DNA of 64,000 nucleotides from Azolla caroliniana (taxonomy: Eukaryota; Plantae; Polypodiophyta), in the NCBI GenBank assembly GCA_043228905.1, contig JBHGNT010000005.1:7936001-8000000 (forward strand). The letters run 5' to 3'. Shown here in pieces: positions 1 through 13,784 of the stretch. The position numbers and the translations under genes were made by a program. The first letter of the stretch is position 1, and each line of letters begins with the position of its first letter. The notes beneath the pieces are model-generated. The model was given only the letters and a program-made list of their open reading frames with translations. It made no database searches and had not been told where the DNA came from.

Positions 1-574
1 CCTAGAAGTGTAGCCCATGTATCTATTGCCAACTTATTCCACCATAGTACAATGTTACACAAGTTGGGTTGCAACTTGCAACTTGCCACTTATAATGATC
101 ACCAATTTATTGTTCATTTGCTTTAGTTGCTACTTTTGCTTCCAGTTTTGATTTTGGGTTTGGGTTTGCTTTTGCTTTTAAACTTCTAGTAATTATTGAG
201 AAAGCAACAATTCATTTTTCCGTGTTGAAATCCTAGCTTTTGGAAGTGGCTTCTTGTCACCTCTTTAAAAGAGTTAAGAGTATCCTTGAGGTGCTCGCTT
301 AGGGAGACAAATTGTCGACCTCTGTTTGGTACACTAGCTTGTTTTGTGTTGCACACATTATTATTATGCGAAAACATTTGACCATGTAATGTAAATCCAT
401 ACCTACTCACATCTAAATGTCCTTAAATTGAGTTGCAAATGGTTTCAAAATTCAGCCTTGAATAATGTTGCAATGAAGCCCTTCTATGTGGTATCAAGGC
501 TTCTGTTTAGGTTATAGACCTACTAGACCAATACCTCTCAAGAAAGTCTCCTAGTTAGTTGGTTTAGAACCTCC

Positions 575-745
575 AAAACACAAACATAGATGTATGTCTT
601 AAATATCTAAAGATCCATTTTATGACATCCTAATGGGACGTACCAGGATTGAAAAAGACAACTACTTCACAACACTAATGGCATGGGCAATATCTTGGTC
701 ATGCACTAATTATAGCATACATTTAGGACCCAACTGGCTCAAAGA
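575..745 (-). mobile_element. Highly degenerate Ty1/copia RT-RNase H linker remnant
   Basis: Minus strand reads, across frameshifts and stops, PVGS*MYAIISA*.DIAHAISV...NPGTSH*DVIKWIFRYLR, matching the copia VGSLMYAMV.TRPDIAHAV...NPG..HW.AVKWIFRYL motif. Confidence 0.6.
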
Positions 746-1074
746 GTAAGGAATTGAAGGCATCCCTTATTTTTCTTGCTCGATACGTGGACACTTTTCC
801 TAAAGAAAATATACTTCCATTAGTTTTTAGAAAAGTCATAAAAACTACAACATACAAAATTTTCCCCAACTCATCTTTATAAGATGATGGTTGAGGAGAC
901 AAAACTTTGAACTCCAAAATAGAGAAAAATAGACAACTAATCTAAAAATTATTCTATAAACAGCTTCCAAGCTATTCCATATTGCTACCACAAGCTTCCA
1001 AGGTAGAGAACAATGTATTACATGCCTCTACATCTCAGTTTTGAAGTCGATCATACATTCTATGCTTCTTCAAG

Positions 1075-3480
1075 ACAATCTGAACACATGCTTTACCACG
1101 TTCCAATGCGATCGACTAGGATTTTGCATGAATCAGCTGACAACTCCGACGATGTGAGCAATGTCAGGTCGTGTAGCGAACATTGTGTACATCAAGGAGC
1201 AAACTATTGGTGCATACGGTGGCAACTTCATAGTTTCCCCCTTCAAATCGGATGTCGAGCAGTCTCGCTAAGACAACCAAGTGCCAATGGGGAGTGGGGT
1301 CGACGCAAAATTAGCTGATTGCATGTTGAAGCGTTCTAAGACACGTCAAATGTAGTAAGATTGAGGCAAAAACAATTGTCTTCGATTTCGATTACGACTG
1401 ATCTTCATGCCGAGAATGTGTCTTGCTGGACCAAGGTCCTTTGTGGCAAAATTCAACCGTAGTTGTCGAACAAGTTTGGTGAGCTCTTTGGCATGCCGAC
1501 CGGAGAGTAGCATGTCTTCCACGTAGATGATGAGGAAGATGGGGAACCCATCTCAAGTTGTTTTCATGAAGAGGCAGTGGTTCTCATCATCGCTCTTGGA
1601 GAAGCCGATTGATTGGATGAAGTCATCGAACTTCTTATACCAGTGTCTCAATGCATGTTTTAGGCCGTAAAGACTCTTCTTGAGTCGGCAAACTAGATGT
1701 TCTTGACCGGATACCACAAAGCATTTCGACTGCTCCATATAAATTTCCTCCTCTAGGTCGCCATGGAGGAATGTCATTTTTACATCTAGCTGAGTTAGCT
1801 CCAAATCTTCTGCTGCCACTGCGCCGAGCATATAGCAGAGGGTTGTCATTTTCACAACTGGTCAAAAGATTTTGTCGAAATCAATGCCATATTCTTGTCG
1901 AAACCCTTTCACTACTAATCTAGCCTTGAATTTAGGGGTGGCCGAATTAGATTTTGTAGACCCACTTGCATGGAAGAGCGCATCGATTTTTTGATAATTC
2001 AACTAGGTCCTAGGTTTTGAACAAAGTGATATCGAACATCGATATGTTGGAGGTGTTGTGATGAACCAGATTTTTCGACAAAGCAACCACGTCCTGACTG
2101 TCGCTATAGACAAATGTAGCCAAGTCGGATTTGACTTGTCGAAATGTGCATGCTATCTGACCGAGCCATAAAGCTTCTTTCGCTGTGTCCAACACGGCTA
2201 CGTATTCGACCTCGGTTGTTGATGTGGCAATACACTCTTGAAGTTTCAATTTCCACGAGATTGCTCCATTGCCGAATTTGAAACAATAACTTGTTGTCAA
2301 TTTTCGATTGTCCACACAATCAACAAATTTTGAGTCGGTATAACCGACTACGCCTGAAGTGTCATTTGGGCTGAATAGGATGCCTGAAGGTCCTCTATCC
2401 AGAAGCCATCCGATAGTCTGGAGTGTTGGAGCATGGAAAGTATCCTTTTTTAAATTATCCGATTCATTCGCTTGGAAATTCCATTCTGCTCTGGACTGTA
2501 GGGTGTCGTATATTCACGTCGAATGCCGTGTTGTCAGCAAAATTTGACGAATTCTTCAGATTTGAACTCTCCTCCATTATCTGTTTGAAGGCATTTCAGC
2601 TTTCGACCATTCTGGTTTTCTACCATAGCGTGCCAATCGGAGAAAATCGAGAATACTCGATCTTTAGTTTTGATCGGATAAGCCAACACCTTCTTAGTTG
2701 AGTTGTCAATGAAGCTAACGAAATACATAGCACCGTTGAGAGACTGATGTGACATAGGACCACAGACGTCCGAGTGGACCAAATTGAGTGGACTCAATTA
2801 TCTTGGTGGTGATGTCGGGTGTGATGCCGCTATCTGTTTGCCGTACTGGCAGTGCTTGGAAAATTGATGATTGGAGAATGAGAGTTTAGGAATGTATCAA
2901 GTTGTAGATAAATGTGTTATGCCAGCCTTGCTGAGGTGTCTGAATCATCCATGCCATAGGGATGACACGGGGATATCAACTAGGAACAAGTCACCTTCCT
3001 TGAGTGTGAAGTATAACAGGTACAACAAATGTACTTTTGGTCCTTGAGCAAGCAGGAGGTTCCCCTTGTGGAGTGTCCACCCTCCCGATCAGAAGCAAGA
3101 ACGGATGCCGTCTTCATCCAATTGTCCAACTGTGATCAAAGGTCTTGAGAGCTTAGGTACATGTCAAACATTGTGTAGTACTAATGTAGAGCCACTTAGA
3201 AGGTTAAGCTCTACAGTGCCAATCCTGATTATGGCGCAGTGTTGCGAATTTCTGACTCGAACCGAGTCGGAATGTCGGGCTGAGTATTGCTGAAATTGGG
3301 ATCAATGAGGGGTCACATGATATGAAGCACCCAAATCCAAGAGCCATGTGCTTGATTCCTCAGTCGTAAGAAGAGCTTCTGATTCGACTGGGTTCTCAAT
3401 CGATAATATGTTGGGGTGACTCGACAGTACTTCGACTGAAGAGTTGACGTAATTGACCTCCTCATGCCGGCCACTCCTCT
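1075..3480 (-). mobile_element. Decayed, internally rearranged Ty1/copia pol fragment (order PR - INT - RNase H - RT), no LTRs seen
   Basis: Protease WLLDLGASYHVTP (~3310-3350). Integrase LVHSDVCGP...LQTDNGGEF (2534-2797). RNase H GYTDS...GAISWK...ATSTTEVEY (2010-2383). RT ALPCKWVYK...LDVK.TFLHGDLEEEIYM...IYVEDML...RPDIAHIVGVVS (1080-2008). Many stops and frameshifts. Confidence 0.85.
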
Positions 3481-3519
3481 GCCAAATTCCAACGTCTGTA
3501 AACACAAAAGTAATGCTTC

Positions 3520-3985
3520 CTCTTTCCACCTCAGTCATGCTGCTTGTTACCACCCATTTCCAAGTGAACTAGTTGAAGGATTTTCCTTTGGCAATGCTCC
3601 AAACAAATACAATATCAGGAGTAGCATAAAATCCATGAGCTGATAGATCAATACACTGGAAATATCAATCACTCGCCAACTTTGCGACTGATGAAAATGT
3701 TCCCTTCTCAGCCACAGTCTTCATGCGAGACTTTATTTCTTCACATGCATTTAAAACTGGCCGACCATACAAGTCTGATCTTACTGAAGCTGCTGTTGGA
3801 GAAGCCTTTGGAACCTTATCTGTGCTTGTCTCAGAGATAAATAGTGAACTCAAAGGACTACTAAATGAAGTAATCGCAATCTATACAATTTTGGTATGCA
3901 ATCCCTGTCCCATCTCAACTCCACCATGTGTTACAAGAACACTTCCATCTGTATCTAGTTGAAATAAAACCCCTTCATTTTGGTG
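3520..3985 (-). pseudogene. XDH: Xanthine dehydrogenase (molybdopterin-binding domain) gene fragment with in-frame stops
   Basis: Minus-strand frame reads [77 protein letters not shown]...ASD*YFQCIDLSAHGFYATPDI.F.W...KGKSFN*FT. This matches the plant XDH motifs [29 protein letters not shown] and IDLSAHGFY. It has three premature stops and no other exons were seen nearby. Confidence 0.85.
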
Positions 3986-4124
3986 AATTCATGTAGAGAT
4001 TGTTTGTCAGACTCTTTGTCTACCATCTTGGCATGTTGCCAATGTCCATGAAAATCCTGTATTAACAACAAGAAATTAGTCTAAAGATTACATGGACACT
4101 TTTCTACGTTATTTTAAGTGATTA

Positions 4125-4460
4125 GCAAGAGGGGTACTCATTGGATTTGCATGTTACATGTTTAATCTCTCTAGTACTCATTCTATGTACTTTTCTCATG
4201 AAAGCCACAACTTTTCACATTCCCAATTATGAATAATTTGCATACCTAAAATATGTTTAGCATGCGCTAGAAATCTTTCTTGTCAAAAGACTTAGATAGG
4301 TCCACTTTCATATCTATATTTTGGCCATCAATTAGCACATCATTAGTACACAATAAGGGAATCATATAATTACCTTCGGAAAAGTGCCTAACATGCATGC
4401 AATGATCTCCAATAGTCCTAATGTAGTTTTGACTTGTCATAAATACTAACACTCCTCCTT
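4125..4460 (-). mobile_element. Old Ty1/copia RT remnant
   Basis: DHCMHVRHFSEGNYMIPLLCTNDVLI (degenerate LLYVDDMLI) followed by KHILGMQII...KLWLS..KYIE.VLERLNM..ANPMSTP. Confidence 0.65.
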
Positions 4461-6168
4461 GACAATACACTAAGCAACCATTTAAGTTATAGTTCGCCTT
4501 TATGCCCTCATATAAGTGTAGTTGTCAACTTCATCACAAGCTATTAAGATTTCAAACATAACATTTTAGAATTCTATTGCATGGATGTGAAGCATTTGCC
4601 ATATCATTTATATCAATACACAAACTTGTCATCTTCTTTTTTAGATGTACACCCTAGTCTTGTGAAAGGGAAACAATTCTAACACCAACATCTCTCCTTG
4701 AGTCACGTTAATATGTATCTATATGGATCATATGAATGTTGATAAATGAACTACTCCAACAACAGTAGTTGGTGCATTGGTCATTCATAGTTGTGTCCTT
4801 CCTTGCACATGCACAAACATGCCATCTTTCTTAAAGAAGCAAATAAATTGATTTCGATTTTCTAATGGTTCTTGCTTAATGAAACCATCTAAACTTATAG
4901 AAATGTTTATGATTATTTGAAAATGCTTCTAGTAGTAGTATTCTATATTTCACATAGATACAATAATCTACTTCACTTTGCTTGATTGGAAGTAGGAAGT
5001 CACATCTTAATTAACTTGCGTATATCCGTGCAATTTCTGTTTCATTGTAAACGAGGACATCAAAATTGGTTCTTGTATGCTTGACACTTGTTATGAATGT
5101 AAATCATGAAGACAAAAAATATCTTTGTGATCCAAAACGTACATCAAAATCTATAGATATTGTCAATCAGCCTAAAGTGCAAAGGGCAAGAAATTTTGTG
5201 ATGATTTGATATAATCTTAGAAATTTGTTGCAATTGTCAATCGTCCATTGCTATTTTGTTCATTGATTCATGTGAACAAGCTTATGTTATTTTTAGTTCC
5301 CAATGAAAGTTGTCGTTTTTTATTCTTTTTTATTTTCAAAATGAAGCTACTTTCCTATTAGTTAGGAAGGATTATTACAAGGAGACTATACAAGGAAGCT
5401 TATACACAAAACGGGGAATTTCCCTCCGATCAAGATCAAGAAAATGAGACTACTTACATAGTCTTTCAAATCGACTACCTAAAGTAAGTAGATACCTATA
5501 ACTAAAAGCAGTGGCCTTTAGTGTCGGTCAGTATGAGCCGACTCCTGGGGCCTACAACGAAGGGAGGGTGGCATGTGAGAAAGAAACAACCAGCGTGGGG
5601 CCTTGTAGTTCCACCTTGGGCCACTTCCTCCTAGCGTCACCATAGGCGTGTTCTGCCATTTCTGGCAAAAGTGCAAACGGGCAGTGGCCACATCATTGGA
5701 GTGGTTGCAAACCTCGTCCAATTGCCCTCGTAGCCAGTTGATAAGCACGAACCATATATCCATGATCACTTCCGTTGCTGGTTGTACCAGATCTTGGAAA
5801 ACCTAGCATCGTGCTTTCCAGACATACCACAAGGTGAAGCCTGCGATCAACCTCCAAATTTCCAAGAACCTAGGGGATGCAAACAACAAGTCTCTCTCAA
5901 AACGGATCTTGTCAATTTTGCCTCTCGTGCATACATAGCACCAACTATCCGCATTGAAGGCGTCCGTCCACCTATCAGTTGGGTGATCAATCCATGCCGC
6001 AATACTCCACGATGTTGTTCCTTCCACTTCACATGTCGCAAGGAGGCGAGTGACTCTGTCCCATACCTTTTGAGCTTGAGGGCAATCCCAAAGACAGTGT
6101 CTCAAAGACTCAATAGGTGAAGAGCAAAGTGGGCAACCTATAGGGCCGCCACTTTTACCTAGCCATTC

Positions 6169-9100
6169 TGTAAATGTTAATGTGCGGAAGCGTCAGACAA
6201 AACCGGCTCAGCCGGATAGCAACAAAAAATGAGATGAAGGTTTAATGGAGAAGCTTAGCACAGAGAGTATATACGGAAGAGATAGTTCGTCTCCCCGATC
6301 CGACCGGGTGTTTCCGGATACCATCGGATACCGATCCAGCTCATCCTTCCGGATCAAGCTTATTCAGCCGATCCGGATCCGATCTTGGCCTTCTTCTTCC
6401 AGTCGGCTTTGTCCTTCTTGACTCTGCAGCTGCTGCCGTTTGCTTTGACTTGTTCGGATGTGCCGACTTCCTTCGTCGACTCGGCTTCCTTTTTCCTTTT
6501 GTCTCCCCTCTTTTTGGTTCTTTCTTCCTCATCGGCTCCTTGTCCAGTGCCCTCCGTTCCCTTTCCTTTTCTCCCCCTCAAGTGCGGCATGTCGAGATGC
6601 TCAACACCAAGCATTTCGGTGAAGTGTTGCAACTTGTCCGACCCGAGCGGTTTGGTGAAGATATCGGCAACTTGCCGATCCGTCTGAACATACCGAAGTT
6701 CAATTTCATCCCTCAAAACCCACTCACGCATGAAGTGATAATGCAGTTCTATGTGCTTTGTCCGAGCATGGAACACGGGGTTCTTGGCGAGCTGAATGCT
6801 GCTCATGTTGTCACAGTAAATCAAGATCGGGGTCGGTACCTCAATCCGTAGGTCTTGCAACAGTCGCCGAAGCCAGATGGTTTCAAAGGTGGCATTGGTA
6901 ACGCCTTGGTATTCCGCCTCAGTGCTCGACAGAGCCACTGTTGGCTGCTTTTTGCTGCTCCACGCAACAACCGCGCTACCTAGAGAAAACATTTAATTGG
7001 AGGTGGATCGACGATCCGATGCATCATCAGCCCAGTCGGCATTGGTACATTCGACTAGCTTCCTAGCTGCTATACCATGTCGGTATAACAATCCCCAATC
7101 CTTCTTCTCAAATGCGTCCAACAGCTGGGCCTTGACATGACCAATTTCATCGAGTCCGGGCCCGGTGATGACTAAATCATCTACATAAAGTAGGATGCAA
7201 ACCGGACTGTCCGAACCTTGTCAGATGAACAACGATGAGTCGGATTTAGAGGTCACAAACTCCATCTTACACAATTGGTGCGTAATCTTCGAATTCCAAG
7301 CTTAGGGGGCTTGTTTCAGATTGTAAAGCGACTTCTTAAGCCGGCACACTGCCGACTGAAAACCGGGAGGTTGGATCATATAGACTCATTCTTCAAGGTC
7401 ACCTTGAAGAAATGCATTCTTCACGTCCATCTGGTGAAGATGCCGCCCCCTTGCTGTAGCAACCACCAGTACCGCACGAACCGTCGTCATCTTTGCTACC
7501 GGAGTGAAGGTCTCGTCGTAATCGATTCCGTGGGTCTGTGCGTATCCCTTCGCCACTAACCGGGCCTTGTACCGGTTAACTGAACCGTCAACATTGTACT
7601 TTACCTTGTACACCCATTTGCAACCGATCGGTTTACAGTGTCGGGGAGGGTGAACGAGGTCCCATGTCTCGTTGGCATCTAGTGCCCACATTTCTTCCTC
7701 CATAGCGGCACGCCAATTTGCGTCCTTTATCGCTTCTGCGTAGCTCTCTGGCTCACGCACTTCCGCCAACCTTAGTCATGAACGCATAATGATGCGCCAT
7801 GTACTCATTGTACTTGTACCACGTAACGAGGTTCTTCAGGCGGGAAGACCGACGTAGCTTGTCGTTACCCGGTTTGAGGCCCTTCTTGGCCGATTCAGAC
7901 TTCCTTTCTGAAGATCCGCCTTCTTCCTTTTCGGAGTTGGATTCGCTCCGATCCGACTCAATGTTGCCGGTTTCGTATTCCAACATCTTCTTCTTCCCCT
8001 TCTCTTTGCGCGTGAACCATTTCCTCGGTTCCTTGCGTGGGGAGAGCACGACAAAGTCTCCACTACCTCATCCGACTTGTCATCCCGACTCAGCCGCTCA
8101 TTCGGTCCACTCAACCGGAATGAGATTGGATTCTCTTCTAGAGTGCCGAAATCTTCATCTTCTACCTGGACCTCCTCAGGCTCACTAGCCTCATCTTCTG
8201 GAATCGGGTCTTCGTCGGGAGTTGGAGTCGGTAAGGAGTACCATGATGTCGTCTCATCAAACTCGACATCTCGGCTTACTCGGACTTGCTTAGTCCGAGG
8301 GTTATAGCACGTATACCCCTTCTGCTCATGCGAGTAGCCGACTAGGATGCACTTCTCCGACTTCGAATCTAGTTTTTTCCACTTCTCATGTAGTACATGC
8401 ACATATGCTATGCTACCGAATATCCGAAGGTGTCTCAAATTCGGCTTGCGCCCGAAATACAGCTCGTGTGCTGACACCTTGTCACCGATCCAGTTTTGGA
8501 TGTAGACGGTCGTCCGGACCGCCTCAGCCCAGTAGAAATGGGGCATGCTCTTCTCTTCCAGCATTGCTCTTGCAGTGTCGACAATTGATCGGTTCTTCCT
8601 TTCGGCCACACCGTTTCACTCCGGTGTGTACTTGCAGCTGAATTCTCTCTGAATTCCGTTCTACTGCAGATAACTATTGAATTGGTCGGAAAAGTATTCT
8701 TTCCCGCCATCCGACCGCAAGCACTTGATCTTCCTTTCCATTTCCCGTTCAACCAAGCTTTGAGGGTTCCGGAAACACTCGAAGACTTCACTCTTCCTCT
8801 CGATGAGGTAGATCCATGTGTGCCGGCTGTAGTTGTCGATCAAGGAGACGAAATACCGACTCCCGCCAAGACTAACGTTTTGTGCTAGTCCCCATACATC
8901 CGAATGGATTAGATCGAGCTTATTACAACTCCGGTTTCCTTCGGTAGGGAATGGAAGCCGGTGTTGCTTCCCGAGTTGGTAGGCTTCACATATTTGGGCC
9001 TTCTGGCCACTGAATTTCGGCAAACCGAAAACAACTTGTTTCGATTGTAGGTCTCGAAGCCTCCAGTAGTTGCCGTGGCCGATTCGCTTGTGCCACAAGT

Positions 9101-11027
9101 CGATGTCCGACTCGACCTTCTGCCCTTTCGCAAACATAGCGGTGTCGACGTTATTAGTGTTGAGGATGAACATCCTCCCTTCCCTACGCCCTTGCGCTAT
9201 TATCCAACCTTCTTCCTCGATGAAGCACCCTAGGTGCGTAAACCGCACCTGCATCCCTTGGTCGATGATTTGTCCAACTGACACCAGGTTCTTTGTGATA
9301 GTCGGAACGTGTAGTACGTTCATCAGCTTCCCCTTTTGTCCGACATGGATTAAAGGGACTTCTCCGACATGCACAATCGGGTGAGGGGTGTCGTCTCCGG
9401 TTTCGACAATCCCCGATTGTTCCGGCTTCTCCAAAAAAGAGAACCACTCTTCATGGCTCGTCATGTGGTTGGACGTTTCGGAATCAACGTACCATACTTC
9501 CTCCAATTTGGAAGTAGTCTTCTTCATCGAGTTAGCCTTGTGCTTCATCACGAAGGTAGGCCCTTTACCGGTTATCCCGGTTCCGGATCCTTCCGTGTAG
9601 TGCAAGATTTGCCGGTTCTCCCGACCGGTTTTGTCGGATTCTGATTTGTCCAAATCAACGCGCTTCTTCTAGCACTCGCTTTCCCTATGGCCCTTTTTGC
9701 CATAGTACCAACATTCCATACCGGCCTTTCCTTGCCAGTTCCCAGCGCCGCTTTGACTCCCCCTGCTTGTGGAGGGTCCGGAATTGTTGTCGACACCACC
9801 TCTGTGACTCTGGTCCTGCTCTTGTCGGCTGCCTCCATTGCATGCCGACCCACCTTGTCCATCACGTCCATGGGGCCGATCTGTCTCCGTGTACAACATC
9901 CGGCCGTCCGATTGAATGGTCCTTGACCCACTCGCGTGGTTTTCTTCGACTATTAACATCGATTACAAGTCAAAGAGACGGTGGTTTCTCCCTGGTGTAG
10001 ATCGCTGTTTGGATTGGCCCATACCTTTGCGCTAGACCACCGAGGCAGATTTGTACCATCTCATCTTCGTCCACCGTCATGTTGATGGACCCAAGTGCGT
10101 CGCAAATCCCATTTATCTTGGTGGTGTTGTCCGTAACGGACATGTCTCTTTGCCGGATGTTGTTTAGCTCTTGCCGGAGCTGCAACTTACAGGTAGTGGT
10201 ACTTGCGGCGAAAATCTTCCTCAGATTTCCCCAGGCCTCCTTCGGTGTCTTTGCATCCTTGATGTAGCCCAACATCGGATCGTGCACATAGGACACGAGG
10301 CAGTACAAAACTCGGCTCGCTCCTTGCTCCTATACCGGGAAGTCTTTGTGTGATGGCTCCGGTGCTACTTCATTTGTTCCTTCCATGAAGCTCCAATATC
10401 CATGCCCCAACAAGTACTGGTGCATTTTATATGACCAGGACGCGTAGTTGCTCCGGTCGAGCTTCTCTGTTGGAAGTGAACTCGCCATTCCTCTGTCCAT
10501 ATCTTTTCTATGTCTGTTGTTGCCGAGTTCTAGGGTTGGTCTACGAAAGCAAGCGTCGGCTACAGAGGTTCTCAACCCTCACGCTCTGATACCATGTAAA
10601 TGTTATTGTGCGGAAGTGTAAAACAGAATTGGCTCAACCGGATAGCAACAGAAAATGAGATGAAGGTTTAATGGAGAAGCTTAACACAGAGAGTATATAC
10701 GGGATTGACAGAGAGAGCAGAACATAAACTATATTAAAAAATAACTCTAAAAACTCTGTACATACAACATGCTAAACAACACTATTTATACAAGTCCATA
10801 TAGGACTGATAGAAGTACTGACGGGTACTTCAATGCTCATACATGCGACTGACACTAACTACGAGACAATAATTACTTAGTAGTCTAGGCTACTACTAGG
10901 ATTCCGGTTCCCTATCCGGCTCTCCGATCCGTCTCCCCGATTCGGCTGGTTGTTTCCGGATACCATCCGGATACCGATCCGGCTCATCCTTCTAGATGTT
11001 GATCCGGTTGAGCTTGCTCGCTCAACA
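6169..11027 (-). mobile_element. Ty1/copia LTR retrotransposon, decayed (5' LTR 10595-11027; deleted 3' LTR from 6169)
   Basis: TG...CA ends with 5-bp TSD CATTC (6164-6168 and 11028-11032). tRNA-Met PBS TGGTATCAGAGC at 10583-10594. Gag (KLDRSNYASW, CWYYGKKGHRESEC), PR (WYVDS), INT (IHSDVWG, RSDGGKEY), RT and RNase H are present. RT has an internal deletion near 7105. Confidence 0.95.
10595..11027 (-). repeat. 5' LTR of the copia at 6169-11027
   Basis: TGTAAATG...CTCAACA next to the PBS. It matches 6169-6350, which lacks an internal block and the inner end. Confidence 0.9.
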
Positions 11028-13784
11028 CATTCGCCAATGGGAACCACTTTATGATCAATCTGCTACCAAAAGAACTTGATTTTTTAAGGCATGTGGAGAC
11101 ACCAGAGACCCTTCCAAAAGGTAATGAACACCTCGTCAGGGATGCCCAATGTTCGCCAGCTATTATGAAGGGGATCATCGAGTTGCAGTTGTAAAGTTCG
11201 CCCCAATTTAGTGCTATATTCAAAGAAGTTGTGGAGTTTGCCATCATGTTTCCACATGAAATCCCCCGGTCCCATTTTAGTTCGACGAGGGGACGGGAAC
11301 CATATACCCATAACTTCCAATGGGGTTCCACCTTAATAACATCCGGGTTTGTCTTCCAGATGTTATCAACCTGCGCCACCACTCGAACTAGGTGCCAAGT
11401 GTCCCTACTCTGCCTCTCCCCAAAAAATGTATCTCTTCCCGATTCACTCACGCCCTTCAACAACTTAACCATTCCAACCTCATCAAAGAGACCGAACCAT
11501 GCATCTTCTCACACTTCCCCCATCGAAACCCTATCAACTGCCTCAGTTATCAATCTCCACATTTTCATAGCTCCCTTGTGGGGAGGGAATGGGTCCTCCT
11601 GGGCTCCCCTTGGAGAAACCATGCGTCTCTAATCGTCTATAGAGTGAAGCCCTGTCTGCGCCAACTTTCCCCATACTAGGCCCTTAAGCTGCCCTAACAT
11701 CACGTCATCACTTGTTCGCGAATCGCACCTGAGGATTCCAGAATAAAGGTTGTCTAGTCCACTCGATTAGTGTCTCCGGGGTGTGCTTGACCAAATGTTG
11801 TCGCACATGACACCATGCCCCCAAGATGGAGTTCATTACCCTGTCCTCCGGTTGACAAGCCATCTTGGGTGGGACTTCGCTCATGCAACACCAGTTCAAG
11901 GAGTTAGGCCAAGGCCTACCATACTTGGGAGTCCCTGCTTGCAACCTGTTGCGAAGTAGTACCTTCCAACACCCCTTGCCTGGCAGAAGGCAACGAACCA
12001 CCAATTTGGCCAGCAATGGATGTTCTTATAAGAACATTTTAAGTCAAAATTGTAGTTTAGGAGCACATTGAAATCCATTAATATTGTAGATATTCAAACA
12101 TACATTGTATTGAATTGACATATTATACTAAATAGTAAATTTTTATTAGCATTTCACAATATGTAATAGACACTCCAAAAGTGTGTTTTGCTTATTTTCA
12201 AATTACCTATGTATGTTTGGTCAAGTCAAGGCTCCAAATCACACACAATTTAATATTCAACACTTCATTATACTATATATATTCATGAGGTTACTAATAT
12301 AAGCTTTAAAATCATTAGGAAATCATTTATATTAATTAGAAGATTTAATTATTGTTTGTTAATAAGCATACTCTAATTGGTCAAATTAGAATAATTTGGT
12401 AATTAGTTTTCTATGTAGAAAGTGGATGTGCTAGTTGAGAATTTACTTGCTAATCTTGCTTCTAATTTGCTATTTTTCTTCTAATTAGAGAAGCTTCATT
12501 TTCTACTTACCCGCTTTGATTACTTGATAAACTAATGAACATTATTAGGCTGAATAACCATATACTCTAAATTCACATGTGCCTATGTTGTTTATACTAT
12601 TCAAAGTCTTATTTTTCATGTGATTAGGAAGCTCAACTCTAACTAAGCATCTATCATTATTTTGAAAACAAGCAAGCTTTTTTATTTTCAAATGTTTGCA
12701 AATTAGTTTGCCGTATTTTTTACTAAATTATAATTATGTCAAGTGACAATGCAACTGTTGTTTTATTAGCATATTTCATACTTTACATGAACTGAAAAAA
12801 GTCTTATAAGATTTTTTTTTCCCAAAAAAAACTCCTTCCATTAATTACACAATTTTACAGATGAGAGTATTATATACAAATCCCGGTATGGATGCGATAG
12901 TTCCATCTTACGTGGATGCTCACGGACTCAAGAAAGGGAGATGATGACCATTGTTGATAAACACTAGTTGGTGTCTTTCAACTCCATTGGAGCCACCCTT
13001 GACGTCATCGTATTGGCTCTTTAGAGTGGCTACAACTTCACTCCATATCTCTTGCATTAACATTATTGGATGCGTGGTTTAGTTGGAGAAAACCCGTCTA
13101 CACCGTTGTTTCCATAGAATCCAGGAGTTATTGGGCTGACCAATTCTAACACAACTTGAGATTTGACATTAATAGGATTTGAGTGGATATTGCCGATGGT
13201 GGAAAAAAACCTCTTGTGCTTTTACCACCAAAGTCATCCGTTCCTCCTGATGCTCGTACTTGTCAACTGGGGCCTACCATGATAACCAACATACATTTCC
13301 CCACTTGATTGTGCCTTGCACCTGGCATAATTGCAATAGGCAGCCAACCCCCCTCTCCTCGACCTTCTTCCCCATGATAGCCCCTTACTTGATCCAATAG
13401 TTGATCAAATTCATCTCTGATACATGGGTTCCATAGTCTTGTAAGCTTTTCATTTTCAAACCAAATTATTGTCTTAATTGTTCATTTTATTAGGCTTAAG
13501 CAAATGCATTCTTGAATCTATAGAGTTTATATTATGCTAGTGCCAATATATTTAATGGGTGTTTGGTGACTTATTTGGATTCATGTCTTGTGAGCTAATT
13601 ATTGCTTGTATATACATTGTTGGCAAGGGAAGTAATTTATAATCAGCTTCTTTTTCAATTCCTTTAAGTATTTTTTTCAGTGAACTTCAAGATTCCTGCA
13701 AGTTTCAAATTTTCCCATCCTTGGGGTTTGAAGCTTGTGGATAAGCCAAATTTACCTATTTATTATTACTTATCATACATGTTA

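Larger units (their letters stand above)
5314..12020 (-). mobile_element. 5'-truncated LINE (L1-like; ORF2 C-terminus with zf-RVT), split by the copia at 6169-11027
   Basis: ORF2 C-terminal motifs in 11033-12016 (LAKLVVRCL, FWKGLWCLHMP..) continue at 5520-6168 (HCLWDCPQAQKVW, LWYVWKAR). A T-rich tract at ~5314-5336 could be a degenerate poly(A) tail. The boundaries are approximate. Confidence 0.75.

Noticed and set aside
6385-10353. Many plus-strand ORFs of 60-130 aa over the copia
   Set aside because: They are antisense shadows of GC-rich gag-pol with no independent motifs. The same applies to shadow ORFs over the other retroelements and over OPR exon 3.
12020-12037. 18-bp perfect palindrome ATGTTCTTATAAGAACAT at the LINE 5' truncation point
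   Set aside because: A single AT-rich occurrence. It could be a junction fill-in, but chance cannot be excluded.
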